Part shown: positions 35,944 to 44,382 of the stretch, piece by piece | Position numbering within the stretch: the first letter of the stretch is position 1 | Layout of the letters: every line of letters begins with the position of its first letter | NCBI GenBank assembly: GCA_047639415.1 | Contig: JBLINP010000001.1 | Span: forward strand, 1 to 50,440 | Direction of reading: 5' to 3' | DNA from: Planctomycetota bacterium | Lineage (GTDB): Bacteria; Planctomycetota; UBA1135; GCA-002686595 | DNA length: 50,440 bases | Program-made: the position numbers and the translations under genes | The notes under the pieces: generated by a model | The model's input: the letters and a program-made list of their open reading frames with translations, nothing else | Told to the model about the DNA's origin: nothing | The model's database searches: none

Positions 35944-36687
35944 TCAGCTACGATCACCGATCCAGTGCTCGCCTTCGAGATAGACCTCTTTCTTCCAAAC
36001 GGGAAGACGCTCTTTCAACGTATCGATCAGGAAGCGGCAGGCTTCGAAGGCCAAGTCCCGATGCGGGCTGGCCACCGCGATCACGACCGAAACGCCGCCA
36101 ACTTCCACGACGCCGGTCCGATGCTGGCAAAGCATTCGAAGCCTTCGTTCTGGCTCATAGCCAGGATCTCCCGCCACTCCCGGTGAGCCGAACTTTGCAC
36201 GGCACTCGTCGAAAATGAGCTTCATTTCCGGACCGCTCATGGCCTCAAAGGCATCGTAATCAAGCAGGGTCACCTCGCGGCCGCGGTTGGAATCCCGGGT
36301 GGACCCGGTGAAAACCAGATTGGCACCGCAGGAATTATGGGCAACTCGAGCGGAGCATTCCACGGTGTCGATGGGGTCGGAACGAAGCTCGAAGACGCCC
36401 GATTCCAGTTCTTCGTCGGACTCTTGGACGCCGCCCGAGACAGGCGGCAAGAGCGAAAAATCGGCTCCCGGTTCGATATTTGTGTCGTCCTCGACGTATC
36501 GGGTGCCTAAAACGCCCCGAACGAAGGACAAATCGCCGAGTTCCGGATGGTGCTCTGACAAATGCTTTTTGAGCCCCGCCACGTCCAAAACATCGGGTAA
36601 ATCCGATACTTCCAATTGAGCGGTGCCCGCGCGCTCCCGTAGCACGGCAAAAAGACGAATGACCAAATCCACAGCGATATCCAACAC
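35944..36687 (-). CDS. Molybdopterin synthase, fused small (MoaD-like) and large (MoaE-like) subunits
   Basis: The N-terminal ~85 aa form a ubiquitin-like MoaD pattern ending in LLPPVSGG. An acidic linker follows, then the MoaE pattern (GANLVFTGSTRD..., HRTGVVEVGGVSVVIAVASPHR, PVWKKE). Confidence 0.8.
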   Translation of the reverse strand: MLDIAVDLVIRLFAVLRERAGTAQLEVSDLPDVLDVAGLKKHLSEHHPELGDLSFVRGVLGTRYVEDDTNIEPGADFSLLPPVSGGVQESDEELESGVFELRSDPIDTVECSARVAHNSCGANLVFTGSTRDSNRGREVTLLDYDAFEAMSGPEMKLIFDECRAKFGSPGVAGDPGYEPERRLRMLCQHRTGVVEVGGVSVVIAVASPHRDLAFEACRFLIDTLKERLPVWKKEVYLEGEHWIGDRS

Positions 36688-36779
36688 CGCTCGCCCATGT
36701 CGCGCAAGGTGTTAGAATAAGAGTATTAGAGGCATCCACCTTAAAGCTCCTTGTCGGTGGCACCCGAAAACCAACAACT

Positions 36780-37754
36780 ATGACCAGCTCCCCCGCCAGC
36801 GAAGATCAGAAGGAGCCCGACCTCTTTGCCGAGGCTCGAGTGACAGGGATCAATCCGCTCCCCATCCGTGCGCTCCAAATTGAGACCAGTTCGATTTGCA
36901 ATTTCCGCTGCAACTCCTGCGTGCTTTCGCTGCCCGATTACGACCGCCCGGCGAAACACATGTCTCCGGACGAGTTCGCCAGGGTCCTCGATGCCTTCCC
37001 CACCGTGGAAAAAATCGAGATGCAGGGCATTGGAGAGGTTTTCCTCAACCCGCAAGTCTTCGATTTGATTCGCATCGCGACGGATCGTGGCATTCAAGTT
37101 CAGACCTTTTCGAACGCTTCGGTCATCGATCGCGAAATGGCCCACAAGATCGTTGAATCGGGCATTGCGGTGATCAACTTCTCGATGGACGGCGCCGACG
37201 AAGAGACTTTCCGGAAGCTTCGCAAAGGCGGCACGCTCGAGCGCTACAAGCGTTGCTTGAACAACATCGTGCAGGCTAAGCGAGTGCTTGGCTCCGAAAC
37301 GCCCCGGCTCGGAATGATGTGTGTGCTCGCCAAGAACAACATGGATCAAGTTCCGAAGATGGTCGCCATTGCGGAGGAACTCGGTGTTTCATCGGTCATG
37401 TTCACCAAGCTCAACCTCATGGCGGGTGACAAATTGTTGCCGATCGCCCTCGATAGCGAGGACACCAAAGCGCTCAATGCCATGCCCGCCTACAAGGGCC
37501 GTGTGGAAGTCATCACGTCCGTCACGCCTTGGACGCTCGAACAGCGCTCCAAGTGTTATTGGCCTCAGTCGATGGCCTACGTCACCGTGGAAGGCCATGT
37601 CACTCCTTGCTGCAACTACTTGGACAGCCGGGAAATGATGATGGGCAGCATTCACGAAAAGAGCGGCGACGAAATTTGGAACGACGAGCCTTATCGCGAG
37701 TTTCGAAAGAGCTTGCTCGCCGGCAATCTGCCGACCATGTGCCAAAACTGTTGA
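36780..37754 (+). CDS. Radical SAM enzyme with a partial SPASM/twitch-type C-terminal domain
   Basis: CNFRCNSC is the CxxxCxxC motif. GIGEVFLNP is glycine-rich. The C-terminus has C-x12-G-x4-C (CYWPQSMAYVTVEGHVTPC) and a terminal CQNC. The protein ends before a CX5CX3C element. Confidence 0.85.
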   Translation: MTSSPASEDQKEPDLFAEARVTGINPLPIRALQIETSSICNFRCNSCVLSLPDYDRPAKHMSPDEFARVLDAFPTVEKIEMQGIGEVFLNPQVFDLIRIATDRGIQVQTFSNASVIDREMAHKIVESGIAVINFSMDGADEETFRKLRKGGTLERYKRCLNNIVQAKRVLGSETPRLGMMCVLAKNNMDQVPKMVAIAEELGVSSVMFTKLNLMAGDKLLPIALDSEDTKALNAMPAYKGRVEVITSVTPWTLEQRSKCYWPQSMAYVTVEGHVTPCCNYLDSREMMMGSIHEKSGDEIWNDEPYREFRKSLLAGNLPTMCQNC

Positions 37755-37786
37755 GCGGATTGCGCTAGGGCAACCGCCACGAAAAA

Positions 37787-37878
37787 GCCCGACCGCGTTG
37801 CGATCGGGCTTTTGTTTTGTCTCATCCGGGCGGCCCGACCGCGTTGCGATTGGGCTTTTGTTTTGTCTCATCCGGGCG
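37787..37878. terminator. Tandem duplication (2 x 46 bp) of an intrinsic-terminator module between the radical SAM gene and ssb
   Basis: The unit is GCCCGACCGCGTTGCGATCGGGCTTTTGTTTTGTCTCATCCGGGCG at 37787..37832 and 37833..37878, with one C-to-T difference in unit 2. The stem pairs GCCCGA with TCGGGC and is followed by TTTTGTTTTG. Unit 1 is preceded by AAAAA, so it can also terminate the minus strand (ssb). Confidence 0.6.
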
Positions 37879-37909
37879 ATGAGTCGCGCGCGATCAAGCA
37901 GTGCTAACT

Positions 37910-38365
37910 CTAGAAGGGAGCGTCCATTTCGCCACCGCTCGGTGCGCTGGAGCTGTACGAGGGCTGCTGCTGGTCATAACCGCCAGCATCTCCGCCGCCC
38001 GGAGCATCACCGCCGCCGGCACCTTCGCGTCCACCGCCCACAAACTCCCAGTTGTTGCCGACCACGTACAGCTTGGATCGTTTGCCGCCGCCGTTCTTGT
38101 CCTCCCAGGAGTCAAGACGCAACTCGCCTTCCACAAAGGCGGGCTTGCCCTTGGTGTGGAACTTCGCAAAGGCTTCTCCGCGTTTGCCGAAGATCGTGAC
38201 GTCGACGAAGGTTACTTCCTCGCGCCAAGTCTCGCTGTTTTGCTCTTTAACTCGACGGTTGACGGCCAAGCTCACATTGCAAACGGCCATTCCGGAATTC
38301 GTAAATCTGACTTCGGGGTCTCGGGTGAGATTGCCCATAAGAATGACGCGATTGTAACTAGCCAT
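37910..38365 (-). CDS. ssb: Single-stranded DNA-binding protein
   Basis: MASYNRVILMGNLTRDPEVRFTNSGMAVCNVSLAVNR is the OB fold. A Gly-rich linker follows, then the acidic tip EMDAPF. The start was taken at M18 of the track ORF. Confidence 0.9.
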   Translation of the reverse strand: MASYNRVILMGNLTRDPEVRFTNSGMAVCNVSLAVNRRVKEQNSETWREEVTFVDVTIFGKRGEAFAKFHTKGKPAFVEGELRLDSWEDKNGGGKRSKLYVVGNNWEFVGGGREGAGGGDAPGGGDAGGYDQQQPSYSSSAPSGGEMDAPF

Positions 38366-38663
38366 CGTTGCTTCCTCGTTCTGCTCTACTGCGTTCGACG
38401 CATCTCGATGCGCCAAGAATTAAAACTTCAGCCCCCCAATCACTGGGTACATCCCACTGGCCGGATTTCAGTTTAGCTCCCCTCGATTGAGATTGCACCC
38501 CGCGGATTTCGGACAGAAGCAGAATTCCCCAAACAAGACCGAATCCGATGGTTTGAAATCAACCTCTCCGCTTCCTAGCCTCTTTTGAACAGGACGAGTC
38601 GCCAATATCGCAATCGAGAACGGCGAGCCGATTCACAAAAACAGCACCACGGACAGTTTCAAG

Positions 38664-39038
38664 ATGCCCACAAGAACACCAAGCAGTATGGATCAGCCGG
38701 CACCCAGCGGACGCGAACGGCGTCAACACCCACGCGTCACGGCGGAATGGCCCATCACCATCGCCCTCGCCGAAGGTCTTTACGAAGCCCGACTGAGAGA
38801 CATCAGCGCGGCAGGTGTTTGCTTTTACCTCGATCGGCGCATCCCCGAAATGACCGTACTCGAGCTTAATTTTGAGCTACCTGGCAACGGGCCCGAACTC
38901 AACGTGCGCGGCGCAGTGGTACGGTGCGAGCCGATCAGTCAACTGATTGACCACTTTGAGGTCGCTGTATTTCTTCACGAACTTACGGCGAAAGAACGCG
39001 ACGCCATTGCCGTCTATATCAAAAGCCTCGAGGACTAA
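38664..39038 (+). CDS. PilZ-domain protein (canonical c-di-GMP-binding motifs)
   Basis: RRQHPR is the RRxxxR motif and DISAAGVCF is the DxSxxG motif, at the expected spacing. 124 aa. Confidence 0.75.
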   Translation: MPTRTPSSMDQPAPSGRERRQHPRVTAEWPITIALAEGLYEARLRDISAAGVCFYLDRRIPEMTVLELNFELPGNGPELNVRGAVVRCEPISQLIDHFEVAVFLHELTAKERDAIAVYIKSLED

Positions 39039-39075
39039 GACGCGTAGCGGGTTGGCGCTCGTGCGATCTCTCGAG

Positions 39076-40173
39076 CTATTTGGGCTCGGTAATGCGGAGC
39101 GCCAAAACACGGTCAATTCCGGCCAAATCGGCGATTAGCTCGATTTGCGAGTTTTTAGGCGCATGCTCTTTCGCAAGCGCAGACATGCGTCCACCTTGAT
39201 CAGCGCCAAGCTCGACCAGCAGCAGGCCATTCGCGCGCAATAGCTTCGGCACACTTTGCATCAACTTACGAACCCAATAATCGAGGTCACCTTTGGGCGC
39301 AAACAGCGCTTCACCCGGTTCGAACTCGCGCACTTCGCGCGCGAGTTGATCGGCATCTTTGGGATCGACGTAGGGCGGATTCGAGACTACTAAATCAAGG
39401 CTGCCCGCTTCGAGCCGATTCAGAGATTCAAAAGCGTCCGATTCTTCGAAGTCGATCGCGACTTCGAATTGCTCCGCGTTTTTTCGCGCCCATCGAAGAG
39501 CGTTCGCGGAGACATCCACCGCACGGACACTCGCACCTTCTAGTTCCAGGGCCAGCGTGACGGCCAAACATCCACTGCCGGTTCCGAGGTCCAGGATTTG
39601 GGGAGCCCAGTCGCTTCCGAGCTCTTTTTCGCCGCCGCTGGACTCGCCTTCCCCCGTAGATTCCGCGGACGAAGATTCTGAATCGGTCAATATCGGAGCA
39701 TTTTCTTCGGCCGAATCAAAACTTGTTTCGAGCCGTTCCGCCACCCGAGAAATCTCTAGTTCGAGATCGCGTTGTTCGACGCTGGACCCCATTCGCTCAA
39801 GTGCCCACCGTCTAGCTTCATCGACGATGTGTTCCGTTTCCGGCCTGGGAATCAAGCACCCGGAACCGACATTGAATGGTCGTCCGTAGAACTCGCGCGA
39901 GCCGGTCAGATAAGCCACCGGCTCACCGTGACCACGACGAACGAGTAACTCGCGAGCCAAATCGATTTCCGATTCATCGACGGGTCGTTCGAGCGCCATA
40001 AACAAACCCAATCGATTGAGCTTGAGTGCGTGCGCGACGAGCAACTCGGCGTCCAAGCGAAATTCCTCGACCGCTTTGCCTTCAAGGAATTTGCGGCCGC
40101 GTTCCAGGATTTCACGAGCCGTGCGCGGGGGAGCCACTGCGGCTGCGCCCGGGTTCGAATTGGAATCAGACAA
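39076..40173 (-). CDS. prmC: Release-factor glutamine N5-methyltransferase with a ~70-aa acidic/Ser-rich insertion
   Basis: The catalytic motif is VVSNPPYV and motif I is ILDLGTGSGCLAV. GEPVAYLTGSREFYGRPF is also present. An insertion SVEQRDLELE...SESSSAESTGEGESSGGEKE lies before motif I. Confidence 0.85.
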   Translation of the reverse strand: MSDSNSNPGAAAVAPPRTAREILERGRKFLEGKAVEEFRLDAELLVAHALKLNRLGLFMALERPVDESEIDLARELLVRRGHGEPVAYLTGSREFYGRPFNVGSGCLIPRPETEHIVDEARRWALERMGSSVEQRDLELEISRVAERLETSFDSAEENAPILTDSESSSAESTGEGESSGGEKELGSDWAPQILDLGTGSGCLAVTLALELEGASVRAVDVSANALRWARKNAEQFEVAIDFEESDAFESLNRLEAGSLDLVVSNPPYVDPKDADQLAREVREFEPGEALFAPKGDLDYWVRKLMQSVPKLLRANGLLLVELGADQGGRMSALAKEHAPKNSQIELIADLAGIDRVLALRITEPK

Positions 40174-40197
40174 TCTGGTCTCTCTTTGGCGTCTCGA

Positions 40198-41667
40198 CTA
40201 GCGGCGCTTACGAACCACTGCCCCAGATTTTTTGCCGCTCTTCGCATCCGCTTTTCCGTCAGCACTGCCGCCGCGGGCTTGTTTGCGCGCTTCGCGTTGG
40301 GCGGCCTTCTTGGCCTCGCCCTCCGTCTTGGCTTGCTTCATGGCTTCGAAGATCGTGTAGCAGGCGTAGAAACCACCCGCGCTCACGCAGAGTGAGCCCA
40401 GAACGCCCGAAGCCATCATCGCGATGTCTTCCACTCCGAAGGCACTGATCAAGCTCATCAAACCCGCGAGTACCATGCCGATGAACATCAGCGGAAAGAT
40501 CGGGTTGAACTTACCGCCGTGAATGAAGGCGCGAATGTGAACCAAGGTTGAAGTCGCCCAGGCCAACATGCCGACTTCGGCCAAGCCTTTGACGATATCG
40601 CCTTTCCCGCCCGCAAAACTCGGATCCTGAGCGGTGATGAAAACACCCGCCAGCAAAACGACGAGTCCAACCAAGTGGCCGAGCGACGGAAGGATGCCCG
40701 CTAATTTCTCGGGGAAGGATTTATTGCGCTTGTCCGTCGGTGTTCCGAAGCGAACGGAAGCAAGCTTGACGACGATTCCCGATGCCTTTTGTCCAGCGCC
40801 ATGCAAAACGCATTGGTAGAGAATCCAAGCGCCGAGGCAAACCACGACTTTGGAAGCGCCGGCTCCGATCCAACCAGCTTCGGCTCCCATCCAGGGAAAG
40901 AAGGATCCCACGACGACAATCCAAGCCGCCTTCCGCAATTGAAGCGGCGCGGTATCCGGTGTGCGATTGGGATCGACGGCGCCAGCGGGTATCGCGCCGT
41001 CCACGGCTGCGGCGATCGGTCCAACATCAGCGGCGACTTTGGTTTCAATCTCGTTGGAACTTGAGGCATCCGAATCATCGGATGAACTGTCGGCAGCACT
41101 CATACGCTCTTGAGCGGATTCGGAAGCAGCTTCCGTATCGTTCGTAACTGACTCAGCCTTTGCTTCGACGATGGCCTCTGCTGCAACGCCCGCTTCCGGC
41201 TCAAGAACGGGCTCTGGTTCGACGACAGCTTCCGGCTCGACGACAGGCTCCGGAATTTCAGCTAGCGGCGCAACCTCAACCGGCTTAGGGGCGGGTGCCG
41301 GCGCCTTGGCCTTTTTGACCACTTCCTGCGGAGCCTTGACCGGCGGCTTTGGCTTGGCCTGGCTCTGCTTGGGCGCCGGTTTTACAACGGGCGGTAGGTC
41401 CACAAGCTGCGGGAGGTCGGGCAATTCCGCAACCTCGGGGAGGTCCTGCAGGTCGGGCAAATCAGGAAGCTCTTCAGCTTGGCTGAAACCTGCACTCGGC
41501 GTGGCTTCGGTCATCACCTCGAGCTCGGGCAAATCCGGAAGATCGGGGAGATCGGGGAGATCGGGGAGATCGACGTCCGAACTGTTCGACTGGCCGTTCA
41601 GGTCTAATTCGGCCAAGTCGGGGAGTTCGGAAAGGTCTGGACTGTCTTTGCGCTCGTTCGGGCTCAT
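40198..41667 (-). CDS. Hypothetical membrane protein: acidic Pro-rich repeat N-terminus, 5-6 TM core, basic C-terminal tail
   Basis: 489 aa. LPDLPDLPDLPDLPEL and EPEAVVEPEPVLEPEA repeats are present. A 9-bp DNA repeat GATCGGGGA x3 lies at 41541..41571. Hydrophobic helices occupy the C-terminal half, and the protein ends in a K/R/A-rich tail. Confidence 0.5.
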   Translation of the reverse strand: MSPNERKDSPDLSELPDLAELDLNGQSNSSDVDLPDLPDLPDLPDLPELEVMTEATPSAGFSQAEELPDLPDLQDLPEVAELPDLPQLVDLPPVVKPAPKQSQAKPKPPVKAPQEVVKKAKAPAPAPKPVEVAPLAEIPEPVVEPEAVVEPEPVLEPEAGVAAEAIVEAKAESVTNDTEAASESAQERMSAADSSSDDSDASSSNEIETKVAADVGPIAAAVDGAIPAGAVDPNRTPDTAPLQLRKAAWIVVVGSFFPWMGAEAGWIGAGASKVVVCLGAWILYQCVLHGAGQKASGIVVKLASVRFGTPTDKRNKSFPEKLAGILPSLGHLVGLVVLLAGVFITAQDPSFAGGKGDIVKGLAEVGMLAWATSTLVHIRAFIHGGKFNPIFPLMFIGMVLAGLMSLISAFGVEDIAMMASGVLGSLCVSAGGFYACYTIFEAMKQAKTEGEAKKAAQREARKQARGGSADGKADAKSGKKSGAVVRKRR

Positions 41668-41993
41668 GCTCTGTCGTAATGATTACCGGAAAGGGGAAGA
41701 CTCCCTACTTTCCGAGGCCAATGGCCAAAACTGAAAGGGTGAGGTGAACCCGTGGGCTCATTGCGAGTCGGGCACTCACGAAACCGCCGGTTCCAATCCG
41801 GGTCTAGAGCGCCGCAGCGTCCAGGATACAAGACTTCGCCAACTTCGCCGCGCCTCGATCCCAAGGAACGCCTAGGAAGTGGACAAGTTCAGTCTTTGTG
41901 GGATGGAATCGGCTTTAAAGCACCATTCCGATCGGCGCACTCAATCCATCTTCGCTCTGTCGAAACCCAAGCCTCAAAATGCCGTCAGCGCTA

Positions 41994-43073
41994 CTAGAGC
42001 GCCTTGATACGCTCGTCTCGATCGCGCTCTTCCAGAGCCTCGAGAATCGGGTCCAACTTGCCCGCTACAACGGGATCCAGCGAAAAGTTCGCCCCAAGTC
42101 GGTGATCGCTGACGCGGTTTTGGGGGAAATTGTAGGTTCGAATGCGCTCGCTGCGGTCACCGGTGCCGACCTGCTCCTTGCGAACGGCGGCGCGAGCCTC
42201 GTGCTTGGCTCGAGTCTCGGCTTCGAACAAACGCGCTCGAAGAATTCGCATCGCCTTCGCGCGGTTCTTGTGCTGTGACTTCTCGTCCTGACAACAAACG
42301 ACGGTTCCGGTCGGCAGATGAGTCATGCGCACCGCCGAACTCGTCTTGTTGACGCTCTGCCCGCCAGGACCGCTGGAGCGCATGGTGTCGATGCGCAATT
42401 CATCTGTCTTAATGTCGATTTCAACTTCTTCGGCTTCGGGCAAGACCGCGACGGTTGCCGCCGAGGTGTGAATCCGACCTTGGGTTTCCGTGCTCGGCAC
42501 ACGCTGTACGCGGTGCCCGCCAGATTCGAATCGGAAGAGCCGCCAAACGCCGGTTCCCTTCACACCAAAGACGATTTCCTTGTAGCCGCCGACATCGGAT
42601 TCGGTCTGCTCCAAAATCTCGACCTTCCATTTGTGCGTCTCGCAGTACTTCAGATACATGCGAAAAAGGTCGCCGGCAAACAGAGTGGCTTCATCTCCAC
42701 CGGCACCGGCGCGAACCTCGACGATGACTTTGCTGCGATTGAGTTCCGGATCTTCAACCAATGCCGTCTTGATGTCGCGTTCCAATGAAACTTCAGCCTC
42801 GTCGAGCGCTTTGAGCTCTTCCTCAGCCATCTCGCGCATATCCGAGTCGTCGTCCTCGAGCATTTCCGTCGCCGAAACGCGGTCCTCAAAAAGCTTCTCG
42901 AGTCGGCCCGCCAGTTCGAATGAACTCTCTAGCTGTCCGCGCTCCTTCAGCAAATCGGGGAAGAGCTTCGGATCCGAAGCCACTTCCGGCTTCGAAATTT
43001 CCTCGGTCAACTCCGAGTAACGCGCGGCTCGTTCGCGGAGTTTCTCCACGATCGCCGGAATGATAATTGCCAT
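41994..43073 (-). CDS. prfA: Peptide chain release factor 1
   Basis: [23 protein letters not shown] carries the GGQ motif. A PxT-type region is present and the length is 359 aa. Confidence 0.95.
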   Translation of the reverse strand: MAIIIPAIVEKLRERAARYSELTEEISKPEVASDPKLFPDLLKERGQLESSFELAGRLEKLFEDRVSATEMLEDDDSDMREMAEEELKALDEAEVSLERDIKTALVEDPELNRSKVIVEVRAGAGGDEATLFAGDLFRMYLKYCETHKWKVEILEQTESDVGGYKEIVFGVKGTGVWRLFRFESGGHRVQRVPSTETQGRIHTSAATVAVLPEAEEVEIDIKTDELRIDTMRSSGPGGQSVNKTSSAVRMTHLPTGTVVCCQDEKSQHKNRAKAMRILRARLFEAETRAKHEARAAVRKEQVGTGDRSERIRTYNFPQNRVSDHRLGANFSLDPVVAGKLDPILEALEERDRDERIKAL

Positions 43074-43391
43074 CGGACGGACTCCCTAACCCTTTGAAAT
43101 TACGACCGAAAACATTGGATCGACTGGCTAGTGGAGCGACTAATCCACACAAAAACAAGCGGCGCGGTTAGCTCACCCGAACCCGTGCTCGTGGTGAGTC
43201 GTGCTCTCCGAACAAGAGAGCACCCTTGACCGTCGACAAAACAGCGACTGTCTGCAGAGCCTTCACTGTGGACATTACTTTGAATGTCTACGGAGATGCC
43301 AATCGCGATGGGTAGTGCTTGCTGACAGCAATTGTGCCCCGGGCGATTCGATTCAGCCCCAGACACCGAATGGGCACGAGCCCACGTCTCG

Positions 43392-43607
43392 CTAAGCTTC
43401 TGGCGTCTGAATCTTGCCGTACTTCTTCATGAACTTGTCAACGCGACCTGCGGCGTCGACAAACTTTTGCTTGCCGGTGTAGTAAGGGTGGCACTCGCTG
43501 CAAATTTCAACCCGGATGGATTGGACCGTGGCGCGTGTAGAAAACTTATTGCCACAACCGCAAACGATTTCGCAGTCGACGTACTTAGGGTGAATTCCGC
43601 TCTTCAT
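43392..43607 (-). CDS. rpmE: 50S ribosomal protein L31 (Zn-ribbon form)
   Basis: The sequence is [48 protein letters not shown]. Confidence 0.95.
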   Translation of the reverse strand: MKSGIHPKYVDCEIVCGCGNKFSTRATVQSIRVEICSECHPYYTGKQKFVDAAGRVDKFMKKYGKIQTPEA

Positions 43608-43764
43608 AACTCTATTTGGGGAAAGGAGGCGGAGAGAATACTGCGGGGGGGGCCTCCGATCAAGCCGTCTGGCGGGCTGGGGGTCGGAATTCCTTCAATC
43701 AATCCACTTGTTAGTCAATCTGTCCGCTGAAATATCGATTGCAGCAGCGAAGTCGAAGGCGTGA

Positions 43765-44382
43765 CTAGGAAGCTTTGGTGTGCGTGAACCCGCACTCGGC
43801 CAACATACGCGTCGTAAGCTCAACCGGCAAACCGACAACATTGTCGAAGCCGCCCTCCTCCAAGCGCGTGACGAAGGCGTCGGCATTCTCCTGGATAGCA
43901 TATCCACCGGCCTTGCCACGCCACTCTCCGCTGCCGACGTAGGCCGAAACTTCCAGAGGTTCAATTCGGCGCATCGTGACGAAGGTTCGCTCGGCTTCCA
44001 CCAGCGAAACTTCCCTATCGATGTCGATGACCGAAACGCCCGTGATGACCTGGTGCCGCGAATCAGAGAGCCAGCAAAGAAATTGCTCCGCTTCTGCTTC
44101 GTCCTTGGGCTTGCCCAGAATTCGAATTCGGCCGGAGACCTCAACCGCGACAATCGTATCCGCGCCGAGAACCAATGAGTTCTCCCCACGGTGCTGCTGC
44201 GCAATGTGAAGCGCCTTTTGACGCGCGAGTTCCCCGGCAATGAATCGGGGCTCCACGCCTTCGGGAACGATCTCGTCGATGTCCGCAGGCTCTACCTCGA
44301 AACTGAAGCCGGCGCGGAGTAACAACTCGCGCCGGCGTGGCGATGCGGAAGCCAAAATCAAGCTGCTAGAGCTCGATTCCAT
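43765..44382 (-). CDS. maf: Maf-family nucleoside triphosphate pyrophosphatase
   Basis: LILASASPRRRELL, GADTIV and GKAGGYAIQ are present. Confidence 0.9.
   Translation of the reverse strand: MESSSSSLILASASPRRRELLLRAGFSFEVEPADIDEIVPEGVEPRFIAGELARQKALHIAQQHRGENSLVLGADTIVAVEVSGRIRILGKPKDEAEAEQFLCWLSDSRHQVITGVSVIDIDREVSLVEAERTFVTMRRIEPLEVSAYVGSGEWRGKAGGYAIQENADAFVTRLEEGGFDNVVGLPVELTTRMLAECGFTHTKAS

Noticed and set aside
36688-36779. A Moco riboswitch upstream of the moaD-moaE fusion.
   Set aside because: The entire divergent intergenic region is 92 bp, too short for the ~130-nt motif plus two promoters. No conserved riboswitch strings were recognised.
41668-41993. The ~320-bp intergenic regions (41668..41993, 43074..43391, 46279..46598) were inspected for SRP RNA, 6S or other known ncRNAs and for small ORFs.
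   Set aside because: No conserved ncRNA strings were recognised by eye (for example the SRP GGAAG/AGCAG domain IV context). Only short hairpins and an 8-codon ORF were found. A covariance-model scan would be needed to exclude ncRNAs.
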